From assembly GCA_963725865.1 (NCBI GenBank), contig CAVSAC010000012.1:256001-320000 (forward strand): 64,000 nucleotides of DNA, read 5' to 3'. The position numbers and the translations under genes are program-made. The notes beneath the pieces are model-generated. The model saw only the letters and a program-made list of their open reading frames with translations, had not been told where the DNA came from and ran no database searches. Source of the stretch: Candidatus Eiseniibacteriota bacterium (lineage in GTDB: Bacteria > Eisenbacteria > RBG-16-71-46). How positions within the stretch are numbered: the stretch's first letter is position 1; every line of letters begins with the position of its first letter. Of the stretch, positions 22,125 to 32,208 are shown piece after piece.

Positions 22125-23446
22125 ATCGGCGGTCCGGCCCCCGCACCCGCGGCGTCTCCCGCCGCCCGCGCCTGGCCGCGCGCGAGGTCGACCGTGAGCA
22201 GCAGCCAGGCGCCACCGACGAACAGCGGCAGCAGTGCCAGCACCGCCAGCCGGCTGGATCCGGCCACCTGCGCGACCAGCCCGAACAGCAGCGGACCGAT
22301 CACTCCGGCGACCTTTTCGCTGACCGCGTAGAACCCGAACAGGCGGGTGCGCTCCGCGGCGGGTGCCAGCCGCGCGAACAGCGAGCGCGAGAGCGCCTGC
22401 GCACCGCCCTGGAACAACGCCACCAGCCCCGCCAGCGCCCAGAAGTGCCACGGCCGCGCCATGCGGAAGCCGACCGCCACGATCAGCACGTAGCCCGCGA
22501 GCGCCAGCGCGATCGCGCGCTGCGGGCCCAGCGGGCGCGCCAGCCGCCCGAAGGCGAGGCTCGCCGGCGCCGCCACGATCTGCACCATGAGCAGCGCGCC
22601 GATCAGGTCGCGCTGGCCGATGCCGATCTCGCTGCCGTAGGCGGTGGCCATGCGCATCACCGTCCCGATGCCGTCGCTGTAGAGCCAGAACGCGATCAGG
22701 AACTGCAGCAGCTCCGGATGCCGCGGCAGGCCCCGCAGCGTCGCGAGCACGTCCGCCAGCGGGTGCGGCGCGCCGCTCGCCGCCGCGCGCGCCGGCTCGC
22801 GCACGTCGCGTGCGAGCGGGATCGAGAACACCACCCACCACACCGCGACGCTCAGGAACGAGAGCCGCGTCGCCGCCTCGACGTTGGGCAGCCCGAAGCG
22901 CTGCGGCATCAGGATCCACGCCAGGTTCAGCGCCAGCAGCACCCCGCCGCCGAGGTAGCCGAGCGCGAAGCCGCGCGCCGAGACGCGGTCCATCTGATCC
23001 GCGCGCGCGACCGACGGCAACAGCGCGTCGTAGAGCACCAGGCTCGCGGAGAACGCCACGTACGCCGCCACGAACAGCGCCGCGAGCGGCGGCCACCGGC
23101 CGCCCGGCACCACCGCGAGCCCCGCGGTCGCCAGCGCCCCCAGCAGCATGCAGACGAGCAGCAATGGCTTGCGGCGGCCCGCGCGATCGGCGATCGCGCC
23201 CATCAGCGGCCCCGCGATCGCGGCCAGCAGCTGGCCGCCGGCGACCACGTAGCCCCAGGTCGCAGTCGCCAGGTGCGCGGGCATCGTGCGCGAGGCGGTG
23301 GCGTGGAACCACGCCGGCAGCACCGCCACCATCACCGTGGTCGCGAACGCGGAGTTCGCCCAGTCGTACCAGCACCAGGCGCTCACGGCGCGGCGCTCGG
23401 CGGCGGTCTCGGGCGCGGTCGAAGAGGCCGCAGGGGGCTCGATCAC
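22121..23446 (-). CDS. MFS transporter (UMF1/YxiO/Atg22-like)
   Basis: WCWYDWANSAF, GAIADRAGRRK, GFALGYLGG, GGAQALSRSLF; many hydrophobic helices. Confidence 0.9.
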   Translation of the reverse strand: MIEPPAASSTAPETAAERRAVSAWCWYDWANSAFATTVMVAVLPAWFHATASRTMPAHLATATWGYVVAGGQLLAAIAGPLMGAIADRAGRRKPLLLVCMLLGALATAGLAVVPGGRWPPLAALFVAAYVAFSASLVLYDALLPSVARADQMDRVSARGFALGYLGGGVLLALNLAWILMPQRFGLPNVEAATRLSFLSVAVWWVVFSIPLARDVREPARAAASGAPHPLADVLATLRGLPRHPELLQFLIAFWLYSDGIGTVMRMATAYGSEIGIGQRDLIGALLMVQIVAAPASLAFGRLARPLGPQRAIALALAGYVLIVAVGFRMARPWHFWALAGLVALFQGGAQALSRSLFARLAPAAERTRLFGFYAVSEKVAGVIGPLLFGLVAQVAGSSRLAVLALLPLFVGGAWLLLTVDLARGQARAAGDAAGAGAGPPM

Positions 23447-23486
23447 GCCGCAGTCCTAGCACAGCCAGATGCTATATTCGACCCCC

Positions 23487-24527
23487 ATGAACGCGCCGAC
23501 CGTGATCGTCGTCGGGGCCGGAGTGTCCGGGCTCGCCTGCGCCGGAGAGCTGGCGCGGCGCGGCGTGCCGGCGGTGGTGCTCGAACGCGCGCCCGTCGTC
23601 GGCGGCCGCTGCGCGACGCGCCGGGTGATCGACGATCAGCCGGTCGATCATGGAGTGGCGTTCTTCCACACCTGCTCGCACGAATTCGGCGTCGCCCTCA
23701 ACGCGCTCGACGAGGGCGGCAAGCTCCACGGCTGGCCGCAGAACGTGCGCGGCCGCCGCCTGGCCTCGCAGCGCGCCGCGTTCGCGCCCGGCACCAAGCG
23801 CTGGGCGCGCCGCGATGGCGTGGAGGTGTTCCCCCAGCTGCTCGCGCGCGGCCTCGACGTGCGGCTGGAGGCCGACGTGGTCGCGCTGCGCGAGCGCGAC
23901 CACCAGATCACGGTGGCGCTCGCGGACGGCGCCGTGCTCGAGTCGCCGTACGTGGTGCTCGCGCTCCCGGTCACGGAATCGGTCGCGCTCGCCGGCCCGC
24001 TGGCGGCCGACTGGCCGGGCGCCGCGGCTCCGCTGGCGCGGCTCGCGGCGATCGAGATGGTGAGCACGGTCGCGCTGATCGCGGGTTACGACACGCCGGC
24101 GTTCGATCCGCTCTGCGAGATGTGGCACCCGATCGAGACCACCATGCTCCATACGATCGCGCACGACTCCAGCAAGCGGCCGAAGCCGCGCCACGAGGTG
24201 CTGGTGCTGCACGGCCGCCCGGCGTTCTCGCGCGAGAGCCTCGCGCGATCGGCCGAGGCATGGAGCGCGGACCTGCTGTGGGAGGCGGGCGAGCTGCTCG
24301 GGCGCTGGGCCAGCCGACCCGCGTGGACGCACGCTCACGTATGGCGGCATGCGCGGGTGCGCTCGAGCGACCGGCTCGGCGATCCGGTCGCCTTCGAATC
24401 GCCGCGCGGCGCCCGCGTGGCGCTCATCGGCGAGGCGTTCGCGCCCGCCGGCGGACTCGAGGGCGCGTACCTGAGTGGCATCCAGATGGGCGAGCAGATC
24501 GCGATCGCGCAGGGCGTGGTGAGCTGA
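23487..24527 (+). CDS. Renalase-like FAD/NAD(P)-dependent oxidoreductase
   Basis: VGAGVSGLACA, GGRCATRR, DHGVAFF, WRHA, LEGAYLSG. Confidence 0.85.
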   Translation: MNAPTVIVVGAGVSGLACAGELARRGVPAVVLERAPVVGGRCATRRVIDDQPVDHGVAFFHTCSHEFGVALNALDEGGKLHGWPQNVRGRRLASQRAAFAPGTKRWARRDGVEVFPQLLARGLDVRLEADVVALRERDHQITVALADGAVLESPYVVLALPVTESVALAGPLAADWPGAAAPLARLAAIEMVSTVALIAGYDTPAFDPLCEMWHPIETTMLHTIAHDSSKRPKPRHEVLVLHGRPAFSRESLARSAEAWSADLLWEAGELLGRWASRPAWTHAHVWRHARVRSSDRLGDPVAFESPRGARVALIGEAFAPAGGLEGAYLSGIQMGEQIAIAQGVVS

Positions 24528-24582
24528 GACGCCGAAGCGGCGGGCCCGGGGCGAGCCCGCCGCTTCCTGGTTCACCGCTCGA

Positions 24583-25644
24583 CTACCACTGCGGCGGCTT
24601 GGCGAATCCCAGCTCGCCGCGCTCGCGCTCCCACACCCGGCTGCGCCGCGGCTCGATCCCGAGGGCGCGCAGTCCCGCGGTGTACTCGTAGCGGAGCGTG
24701 ATGCGGTCGACCGCCGCGCGCTCGGCACGGAACTCCACCTCGCGCACCGGGTCGAACCGCTGGTCGCCCCAGCCGGTGCCGGGCGTGGACTCCTGCGCCA
24801 GCGGCGCGCGCACCTCGTCGCGGGACTCGATCGCGCCCGACTTCTCGGCGCCACCCGCGCCGCCGCGGAAGTCCGTCGTCGGCTGCGGCGCCGCCGGCGC
24901 GTCGCCGCGACGCGACTCGCGCTCCTCGATCGGGGGCGCCGGCTGCACCTCGTTCTGCGCCCGCGGGCCGTTCTCGCGGCGGACACGATTCCAGTCGTCG
25001 AGGCGCCACGCCGGGCGATCCTCGCGGAACGCCAGCACGCGGATCCAGCCCATGTCACCGTTCGCCTGGCCGGTGCGCTCGGCGTACGAGCGCTCCTCGT
25101 CGACGAACACGAACTTGCGGACGTCGTTCAGAGAGGTGCGCCAGCCGCGGATCACCGTGGTCTCGTACGGGTCGAGCACGTACATCGACTCGTTGTTGCG
25201 CAACGACGAGCGCTCGCCGTTGACGACGTTGAGGCCGTCCACAGCGATCAGCACGCCGATGCGCTGGCCGGTGGTGTTGCGGATCTGGAGCGCGTAGTTG
25301 CGGCCCCTGAAGGCTTCGAAGTAGTGGCGGTCCCACGCCGCCGAGCGCTGGAACAGCGTCGTCGCCCGTCCGTCGACCAGCACGCTGACGTCGACCACGT
25401 TGCCGTCCACCATCGTCCGCGAGCTGATGCTCGCGCCCGCCTCGTGCGGCGCGGCCACCGCCAGCACGGCCGCGAGTGCCAGCGCGGGCGTGAGCGAACG
25501 CAGCAGCACGCGAGAGACGTGCGCGGGCACCCGGACCGGCAGCGGCTCGGGCGCGGGAGTCCACCGTGCGAGAGAGATGCGCCGCGCGCTGGGGCGGCTC
25601 GCGGCGTCGAGCGCCGCGCGGATCAGGGTGACGATGGGGTTCAT
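24583..25644 (-). CDS. Hypothetical protein, probably secreted; start uncertain
   Basis: RBS GAGGAGG before ATG, an internal signal-like stretch, coding-like codon usage, and conserved-looking motifs VDGLNV, IRGWR, GTGWG. Confidence 0.7.
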   Translation of the reverse strand: MNPIVTLIRAALDAASRPSARRISLARWTPAPEPLPVRVPAHVSRVLLRSLTPALALAAVLAVAAPHEAGASISSRTMVDGNVVDVSVLVDGRATTLFQRSAAWDRHYFEAFRGRNYALQIRNTTGQRIGVLIAVDGLNVVNGERSSLRNNESMYVLDPYETTVIRGWRTSLNDVRKFVFVDEERSYAERTGQANGDMGWIRVLAFREDRPAWRLDDWNRVRRENGPRAQNEVQPAPPIEERESRRGDAPAAPQPTTDFRGGAGGAEKSGAIESRDEVRAPLAQESTPGTGWGDQRFDPVREVEFRAERAAVDRITLRYEYTAGLRALGIEPRRSRVWERERGELGFAKPPQW

Positions 25645-25903
25645 GGCGTTCCTCCTCGGTCGAGCGGTGGTGCGATGCCTTCCACGGTCACATCTGGCAG
25701 GGATTACGCCAGCGTCCGCGGGCTATTCCGGCAGGCTCCCGAAGCGCGTGCGCTCAACGTGTTGCGCGGGCGTGGGTGGGAGCGCCCGCGCGCCGCGCGC
25801 GGGCGGCCGCGGCGGGCCCGCCACACCCCGTGGCGGACCGGCGGCACGCCGCCGGGAATAGACCGCAACGGGCGGCGTATGGCGCCGCGCAGCGGGCAAG
25901 CGA

Positions 25904-25933
25904 AGGGCCCGCCCCTCTGGGAGGACGGGCCCT
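25904..25933 (-). terminator. GC-rich hairpin after the last FG-GAP gene
   Basis: AGGGCCCGUCCU-loop-GGGGCGGGCCCU, about 12 bp with G:U pairs; weak U tract. Confidence 0.5.
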
Positions 25934-25980
25934 CGCCGCGCGATCCCGGTCGGGAGTTCGCGCTGGAAGTGGCTCGATCG

Positions 25981-28821
25981 TCAGTTCATCACGATCGCGC
26001 GCGCGGTGAGCGTGCGCTCCGGCGTCACGAGGAGGATGAAGTAGAGGCCCGGGCGCACAGCGCCGGCCTCTGCGAGGCGAATGCGATGCTCGCCGACGTC
26101 GAGCGCGCTCACGTCCTGCTCGGCGATACGACGCCCCGCGAGATCGAACAGCGCGAGGGTGCCGGGCGTGCGATGCGCCAGCGAAAACGCCACCATCAGA
26201 TCGCCCGCGACCGGGTTGGGGCGCGCTCCGGCGAGCGCCAGCCGCGCGGCCACCGGCACCGCGAGCCAGGTCTCGCTCGCGGTCACCAGCGCGCCGCGCT
26301 CGCTGAACGCGAGCCGATAGCCGACACGCTGGCCGGGCGCGAGCGCCGCGTCCTCGAACCGCACGCGGCCGTCGCCGTCGGGATGCAGCCGCGCGCGCTC
26401 GGACCACGCGGCGCCATCGAGCGAGCGCAGCACGATCGCCTCGGTGGCGGGCGCGGCGTCGGTGCTCCAGGTGATGCGCGCGACGCCGGCGTCGATCGAG
26501 GCGGAGACGAGCGAGGCGAGGACGGGAGTGACGACGCCGGGCTCGCTGATGTTGTGGAGCACGAGCATGCCGTAGGGCCTCGCGGTAGGGACCGCGACGT
26601 CGAGGCGGTCGTCCGCATCGAAGCGGCCAATGGCCAGACCGCCGAAGTGAGGCCACGCGGCTCCGGCGTCGCGTCGGCTGACCGCAAATGTACCGTCACC
26701 ATTCCCCCGGAAGACGGTGAGGAACGCGAATGTGCCGCCCCACAGCGAGCCCGTGACGACGTCGACGATCCCGTCACCATCGAGGTCTCCGACCACCATG
26801 CCGCTCCAGATGTCGGGTCCGACCGGGTAGCTTGCCAGACGGCTGAATCGGCCAGTCCCGTCGTTCAGGAGGACATGGATGCCATTGGTGACGGAGTAGT
26901 CGTTGGAATGAAGAATCAGAAGGTCTTGGTCACCGTCGTTGTCGAGATCGGCCAGGTCCAGGCCGCCGATCGGACACCAATTCGCAGACTCACCCCCGCT
27001 CGGGAATCCGAGCCGCTGCACGATCTGCACAGGACCTCGCTCATTGGAGTGGAACACGCACAACGAGTCACCGAGGTGCTCGTCCCACTTCGCGAGCACG
27101 AGGTCGCCGAGGCCGTCCCCATCGAGGTCGCCCACGGCTGCGCGGCATGTGGCTGCGTCGCTGAAAGAGGCGGTTACGCCCAGCGGGAGCGGTGGCAGGA
27201 AGCCCCCGAGTCCATCGCCGGTCAGCAGCGCCAGGTCGCCGGGCCCGTCACGCACCACGAGGTCGACGCCTTGCCCGCCATCCAGGTCGCCAGCGGCGAG
27301 CACCTTTCCGGTGCCGACCGGATTCGCCACCGACAGCGTGCGCGTGTCCTGGCCGAGTCGAACCTCGATCGAAGTCCCCATCTGGGACACCAGGTCGTCG
27401 AGTCCGTCGTGGTCGAGATCGACCACCGTGACCATCGAGCCTGGGCCGAGCGTGGTGGGTGAGCCGAACCCGCTGTCCCCCCGATTGGGGAGCAGGTAGA
27501 GGGAGTCCGCGGTGCCACTTCGAATCAGATCCGCGATGCCGTCGGACCGTAGGTGGATCGCGGTCGCGTCGCCGCGGTTGCGAGGGTCATCCGCGCCGAA
27601 CGGCTCGCAGTACTCGGTACCAGCCAGCCGGGCGTGCGGCCGACCGAAGAACACGGCCATGCCGCGGTACTCGTGCATGTACTCATCGCCGATGAACGAG
27701 TGGGGATAGGCGATCACGTCGTCGAGCCCATCCCCGTCCAGATCGGCGACGGCGACCGTCCGACGAAGGTAACCGGCCGCGTAACTTCGATAGGCACCCG
27801 CCAGCTCGAAGCCGGTGCCGGCGTCATTGCGAAGCACCACGACGGCATCGCGGCCGCGCAGCACGATGTCGTTCCAACCGTCGCGATCGAGATCCGGCGC
27901 TGCAACCCCCACGAGGTAGTCGTCAGCCGCAAAGCCGCCGCCGAGTAGCGATGATGATGCCGTAGTGAAAGCGCCCGACCCGTCGCCGTGGAGCAGCCGA
28001 TCATAGGCGGCGATATCCACGTGACCGTCGTGATTGAAATCGGCCGTGGCGAGCGCGTCGTACCGTCCGGCCGCGGGCGCGCGAAGCGCTGGCCCGAAGG
28101 CACGGCTCCCGAGGTTGGGGATCACCACCAGGGTGTCGGGTCGGGCACCCGGCTCGCCAGAGCGGACCACGTTACCGATGAGATCCGGGAGGCCGTCCTC
28201 GGTGACGTCGGCGGCGAGCCGGAGCCAGAGCGAATTCGTCACGTCCTGCCGAGGCTCGAACGTGCCGTCACCGTGACCCCAGAACACGGCGAGGACGGGC
28301 GCGCTCCCCGACGCGGTCTCGAAGAGCATGGCGAGATCCAGGTGACCATCGGCATCGAGATCGGCGACGACCTGGAAGTCCTCCCAGTGCAGCGCGTCGG
28401 TCGTCACCGTCTCGGGCGCGGCGAACGTGCCGTCACCGATTCCGCGGAGCAATAGTGCTCCGCTGACGAGATCGGGATGTCCGTCCTCGTCGAAGTCCCC
28501 GGTCAGCAGCGTCAAAGACCCGCCAATGACTCCCGCGGAACCGGACACCACCCGGCTGAAGGTGTGGTCGGCATCGTTCAGGTGGACGGCGAAATCTCCA
28601 CCCTGCACGGTCCCCACCGACGCGATGTCGAGTAGCCCATCGCCGTCGAAGTCGGCGATCGCGACGTCCTGGGCTCCAAGGTAGGAGCGATAATCCCCGA
28701 TCGCCAGCTCATGGTCGAAGGCGATCTCGCCTGGGGTGGTAGCGGGGCGGGCGGGAGTCGACACGACTACGAATGCGGCGATGAGGACGAGCTGAATTGT
28801 GCCGGTCGGTCGTGGATGCAT
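25981..28821 (-). CDS. FG-GAP/VCBS-repeat secreted protein with FN3-like plus FlgD/T9SS-A-like CTD (array copy A, intact)
   Basis: Signal peptide, many DxDGDG-x-D repeats, CTD TPVLASLVSASIDAG...ARPNP...FDLAGRR...PGLYFI...RAIVMN. Confidence 0.88.
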   Translation of the reverse strand: MHPRPTGTIQLVLIAAFVVVSTPARPATTPGEIAFDHELAIGDYRSYLGAQDVAIADFDGDGLLDIASVGTVQGGDFAVHLNDADHTFSRVVSGSAGVIGGSLTLLTGDFDEDGHPDLVSGALLLRGIGDGTFAAPETVTTDALHWEDFQVVADLDADGHLDLAMLFETASGSAPVLAVFWGHGDGTFEPRQDVTNSLWLRLAADVTEDGLPDLIGNVVRSGEPGARPDTLVVIPNLGSRAFGPALRAPAAGRYDALATADFNHDGHVDIAAYDRLLHGDGSGAFTTASSSLLGGGFAADDYLVGVAAPDLDRDGWNDIVLRGRDAVVVLRNDAGTGFELAGAYRSYAAGYLRRTVAVADLDGDGLDDVIAYPHSFIGDEYMHEYRGMAVFFGRPHARLAGTEYCEPFGADDPRNRGDATAIHLRSDGIADLIRSGTADSLYLLPNRGDSGFGSPTTLGPGSMVTVVDLDHDGLDDLVSQMGTSIEVRLGQDTRTLSVANPVGTGKVLAAGDLDGGQGVDLVVRDGPGDLALLTGDGLGGFLPPLPLGVTASFSDAATCRAAVGDLDGDGLGDLVLAKWDEHLGDSLCVFHSNERGPVQIVQRLGFPSGGESANWCPIGGLDLADLDNDGDQDLLILHSNDYSVTNGIHVLLNDGTGRFSRLASYPVGPDIWSGMVVGDLDGDGIVDVVTGSLWGGTFAFLTVFRGNGDGTFAVSRRDAGAAWPHFGGLAIGRFDADDRLDVAVPTARPYGMLVLHNISEPGVVTPVLASLVSASIDAGVARITWSTDAAPATEAIVLRSLDGAAWSERARLHPDGDGRVRFEDAALAPGQRVGYRLAFSERGALVTASETWLAVPVAARLALAGARPNPVAGDLMVAFSLAHRTPGTLALFDLAGRRIAEQDVSALDVGEHRIRLAEAGAVRPGLYFILLVTPERTLTARAIVMN

Positions 28822-28946
28822 TTTCGAGTGCCTCGAGGTCGTACACGCGGTAGATCGAGGTCGGGCCTTCGGAGGAGGTCCGACGGAATGGGGTCGGATC
28901 TTTGACCCGCGTGCGGGGCTTGCGCGGCTGCGCGCGGGTTGCACGC

Positions 28947-31855
28947 TCACCTCATGACGACGGCTCGCGACTGCAGCGTGCGCTCGGTCGTGACGAGGCG
29001 GATGAAGTAGAGCCCCGGGCGCACCGTGCCCGCGGCGGCCAGCCGCACGCGATGCTCGCCCGACGAAAACGCGCTCACGTCCTGCTCGGCGACGCGGCGG
29101 CCCGCGAGGTCGAACAGCGCGAGGGTGCCCGGCGTCCGCTTCGCGAGTGAAAACGCCACCATCAGATCGCCCGCGACCGGGTTGGGACGCGCGCCGGCGA
29201 GCGCCAGCCGCGCGGCCAGCGGCACCGCGAGCCAGGTCTCGCTGGCGGTGATCAGCGCGCCGCGCTCGGCGAACGCGAGGCGATAGCCGACACGCTGACC
29301 GGGCGTGAGCGTCGCGTCCTCGAATCGCACGCGGCCGTCGCCGTCGGGGTGCAGGCGCGCGCGCTCGGCCCACGTGGCGTCGCCGAGCGAGCGCAGCACG
29401 ATCGCCTCGGTGGCGGGCGCGGCGTCGGTGCTCCAGATGATGCGCGCGACGCCGGCGTCGATCGGAGGCGGAGACGAAGCGAGGCGAGCACCGGGGTGAC
29501 GACATCGGACCGGGCCGTGGTGTTCATGATGACGCCGAGGAACATGGGGCGAGACGCGGTGACCGCGACGTCGGGACGCTCGTCGTCGTCGAAGCGACCC
29601 ACCGCAACCGAGGTGAGGTAGTCGCCGAGGTCATTGCGGCTGCCGCTGGCAAAGGTGCCGTCGCCGTTGCTGAGCCACCAGGCGAGCGCCCCGGTGTAGC
29701 TGCTGTTGATGGCGCTGATGAGCACGTCATCACGATGGTCGCCGTTCAAATCCGCGACGGCGACGTCGTTGGGTTCGTGATGAGGGACGCGAATCGCGGT
29801 TCCTTCCGAATACACACCGCCTCCTCGGTTCATCAGTACCGCAAAGTCCCCATAGAAGAGGTAGTCCCCGAGAGCCGGACGAAACGCCAGGATGTCGGGC
29901 CAGCCGTCGCCGTCAAAATCCGCGGGGAGGACGCGCCCAGGATAAGGCGCGCCGTACCAGGAATCGCCTGCGCTCGAGGGCACCGCGTATCGCGCGATCA
30001 GCGCCCAGGCGCCGGGGCCCGACCGGTGAATCACAACAACAGTGTCGGGCGCGGACAGTGGCCACGCGGCCCCCGAGTTTGCGAACAAGATGAGCTCGTC
30101 GGCAGCGTCGTGATCGATATCGACCGCGCACGCGACCTGGCGCAGGACTTCGAACGGCGGAGTCATGCGCAGCTGGAGCGATGCCCCGCTCGCCGTCGGA
30201 ACACCTACGCCTCCAGCGCCGTCTCCGCGCGCAATGAAGAGCCCCCCCTGCGTGTCGCTCACGAATAGATCGACCGCACCGTCGCCATCGAAATCACCGG
30301 CGGCGACGAATCGCCACCCCGTCAAGAGGACTTCTCCCGGGGTGATCGTGTGCCCGGCCGCGCCACGCAGCAGTTCGATCGTGTCGGCTCGCGTGACGAC
30401 CACGTCCTCCAATCCGTCTCCGTCCACATCGCGGACCGCCTCGGGCATTCCACGACCGACCACCCGCGGAGGCTCGAAGCTCTGAGGACGGGTGTTCGCC
30501 ATCAAGTACAGGTCGTGGGCGCCGTTGAAGATCAGATCGTCACGAGGTCCGCCGAGATGGATGGTCCGCGCGTGTGAGAACGAGTCTTCGAACCCGATGC
30601 TCTCCACGATAGGGAGCGAGTACTCGGCAAGGCTGTTCAGGCGGCCATCCGTCCGAATGCGGAGCACGGTCGCGCCGGCCGGGTAGCCACCCGGCAGCTC
30701 GCCCGCGGCGACGATCTCCAGCCTGTCGTCGTGGTCCAGATCGGCCACGCTCAGGCCCTCGACCTCGCCGACCGAGTGATAGCCGGCCTGGGGTTGGAAC
30801 GTATGTCCGCCCAAATTGAGGTAGGAGCAAACCACTCCGAATGGCACGTCGGCCCCCCCGTAACCTTCGCTTCCGTCCTGAGCCAGCACGATGTCGAGCC
30901 GGCCGTCGCCATCCAGATCCGCGATGGCGACGCCGAAGGACTCGTGAGAGATCGTCAAGCTTGGGAAGGGTGTCGGCGGCGGAAGCGCCTCGGCATCAAA
31001 CCCACCGCTGCCATTTCCGTACAGCAGCCGACCCGAGGCCATTGCGAGGTCGACGTCGCCGTCTCCATCGAGGTCGGCGCCCGCGAACTCGGAGCTCCAG
31101 TTCAAGGGGTGAGTCGTCGAGGGCAGGTCGCTCGACACGAGGGCGAACGAGAAGCTTCCATTGTTCAGCCAACATGCGAGCGCCCCTGCTGCGGAATCCG
31201 TCGTGATCAGGTCCGGCCGACCATCGTCCGTCACGTCGAGCGCGATCAGTCCGCCGGGCGCCGACCCGCTGGGGAGATCCAGCACCCATGTCAGGTTGCC
31301 ATCGCCAGCATTCGACAGGATCCGAAGGCCCCTAGGCAGAGAGCAGGTCACGACGACATCGAGGTCCCCATCGCCGTCAAGGTCGGCGACGGCGACCGCT
31401 TGGGCGTCCGGAATCGGGTACGTGCCAAGCGGAGCGAACCTGCCCCGGCCGTCCCCCTTCAGTGACGCGATTCCCTCGTAGCCCATCGCAAGCACGACAT
31501 CGAGGTGGCCGTCACCGTCGATATCGCCCACCTCCATGTCGGATGGGAGACCATCGAGCGTGAAGGGAGTGCCGATTCGACGATCGATCTCGTCGGCGCC
31601 TACATCGATGAAGGCGAACAGACCCGAGTCGGTCGCAATGAGGATGTCCGGCCAGCCGTCCTCGTTCAGATCGGCGATCTTCGAATGCGCGGGCGTGTTC
31701 GTGGACACGTCACGGCCGCACGACAGGTAGCGCGGCAGGTCGAACCAGATATGCGTGGTGGCGGTGTCGATGACGAACTCGTACGCCGCCGCGGGGACCG
31801 CTACGCCGAGGAGGGCGATGATCACGGCGAGGATCGCGAGTACGGGCACACGCAT
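28947..31855 (-). CDS. FG-GAP-repeat secreted protein with shared CTD (copy B); two single-base insertions near 29465-29478
   Basis: MRVPVLAILAV signal and DxDGDG repeats. The CTD continues in another frame; gatcggagg/gacgaagc here versus gatcgagg/gacgagc in sibling copies. Confidence 0.82.
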
Positions 31856-31950
31856 CGAGCGGACCCCTTCCCTTGGGGGCGGCGGCGGCCTGGACGGGGC
31901 GTTTCGGGGGGAAGCCCGTCGGGAATGGATGCAATGGCGCTTGGGGAGGG

Positions 31951-31965
31951 GCAAGGAGCGCGCCA
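31951..31965 (-). promoter_or_regulatory. Sigma-54 (-24/-12) promoter-like motif upstream of copy B
   Basis: TGGCGCGCTCCTTGC = GG-N10-GC, close to consensus TGGCAC-N5-TTGC. Confidence 0.7.
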
Positions 31966-32128
31966 CGGCGCGGCGGCGAGCACGAGCGACTCCCAAGTGC
32001 ACATGACAACTCATCATCCGTGGTGCCGGCGCTCGATCGAACGCTCACTCACCACGACGCGCGCCTCAATAACCGTCAAGCGCACCGTCACCACGACGTC
32101 GCGCGCCGGCCGACGGCCCAAGACGGAG

Positions 32129-32159
32129 CGAGCCCGCCACCTCGTCGGTGACGGGCTCG
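32129..32159 (-). terminator. 13-bp hairpin downstream of copy C
   Basis: CGAGCCCGUCACC-GACGA-GGUGGCGGGCUCG pairs fully only on the minus strand (U:G wobble); no U tract. Confidence 0.55.
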
Positions 32160-32208
32160 TCGTGGACGCAGTCGCCGGGGAGAGGCTCGCGTCCGACAGC
32201 GGTTCCGA

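Noticed and set aside
28822..29505. N-terminal extension of the 1174-aa ORF
   Set aside because: It is an off-frame reading of copy B's CTD and the intergenic DNA. Copy A most plausibly starts at 28821, just before its signal peptide.
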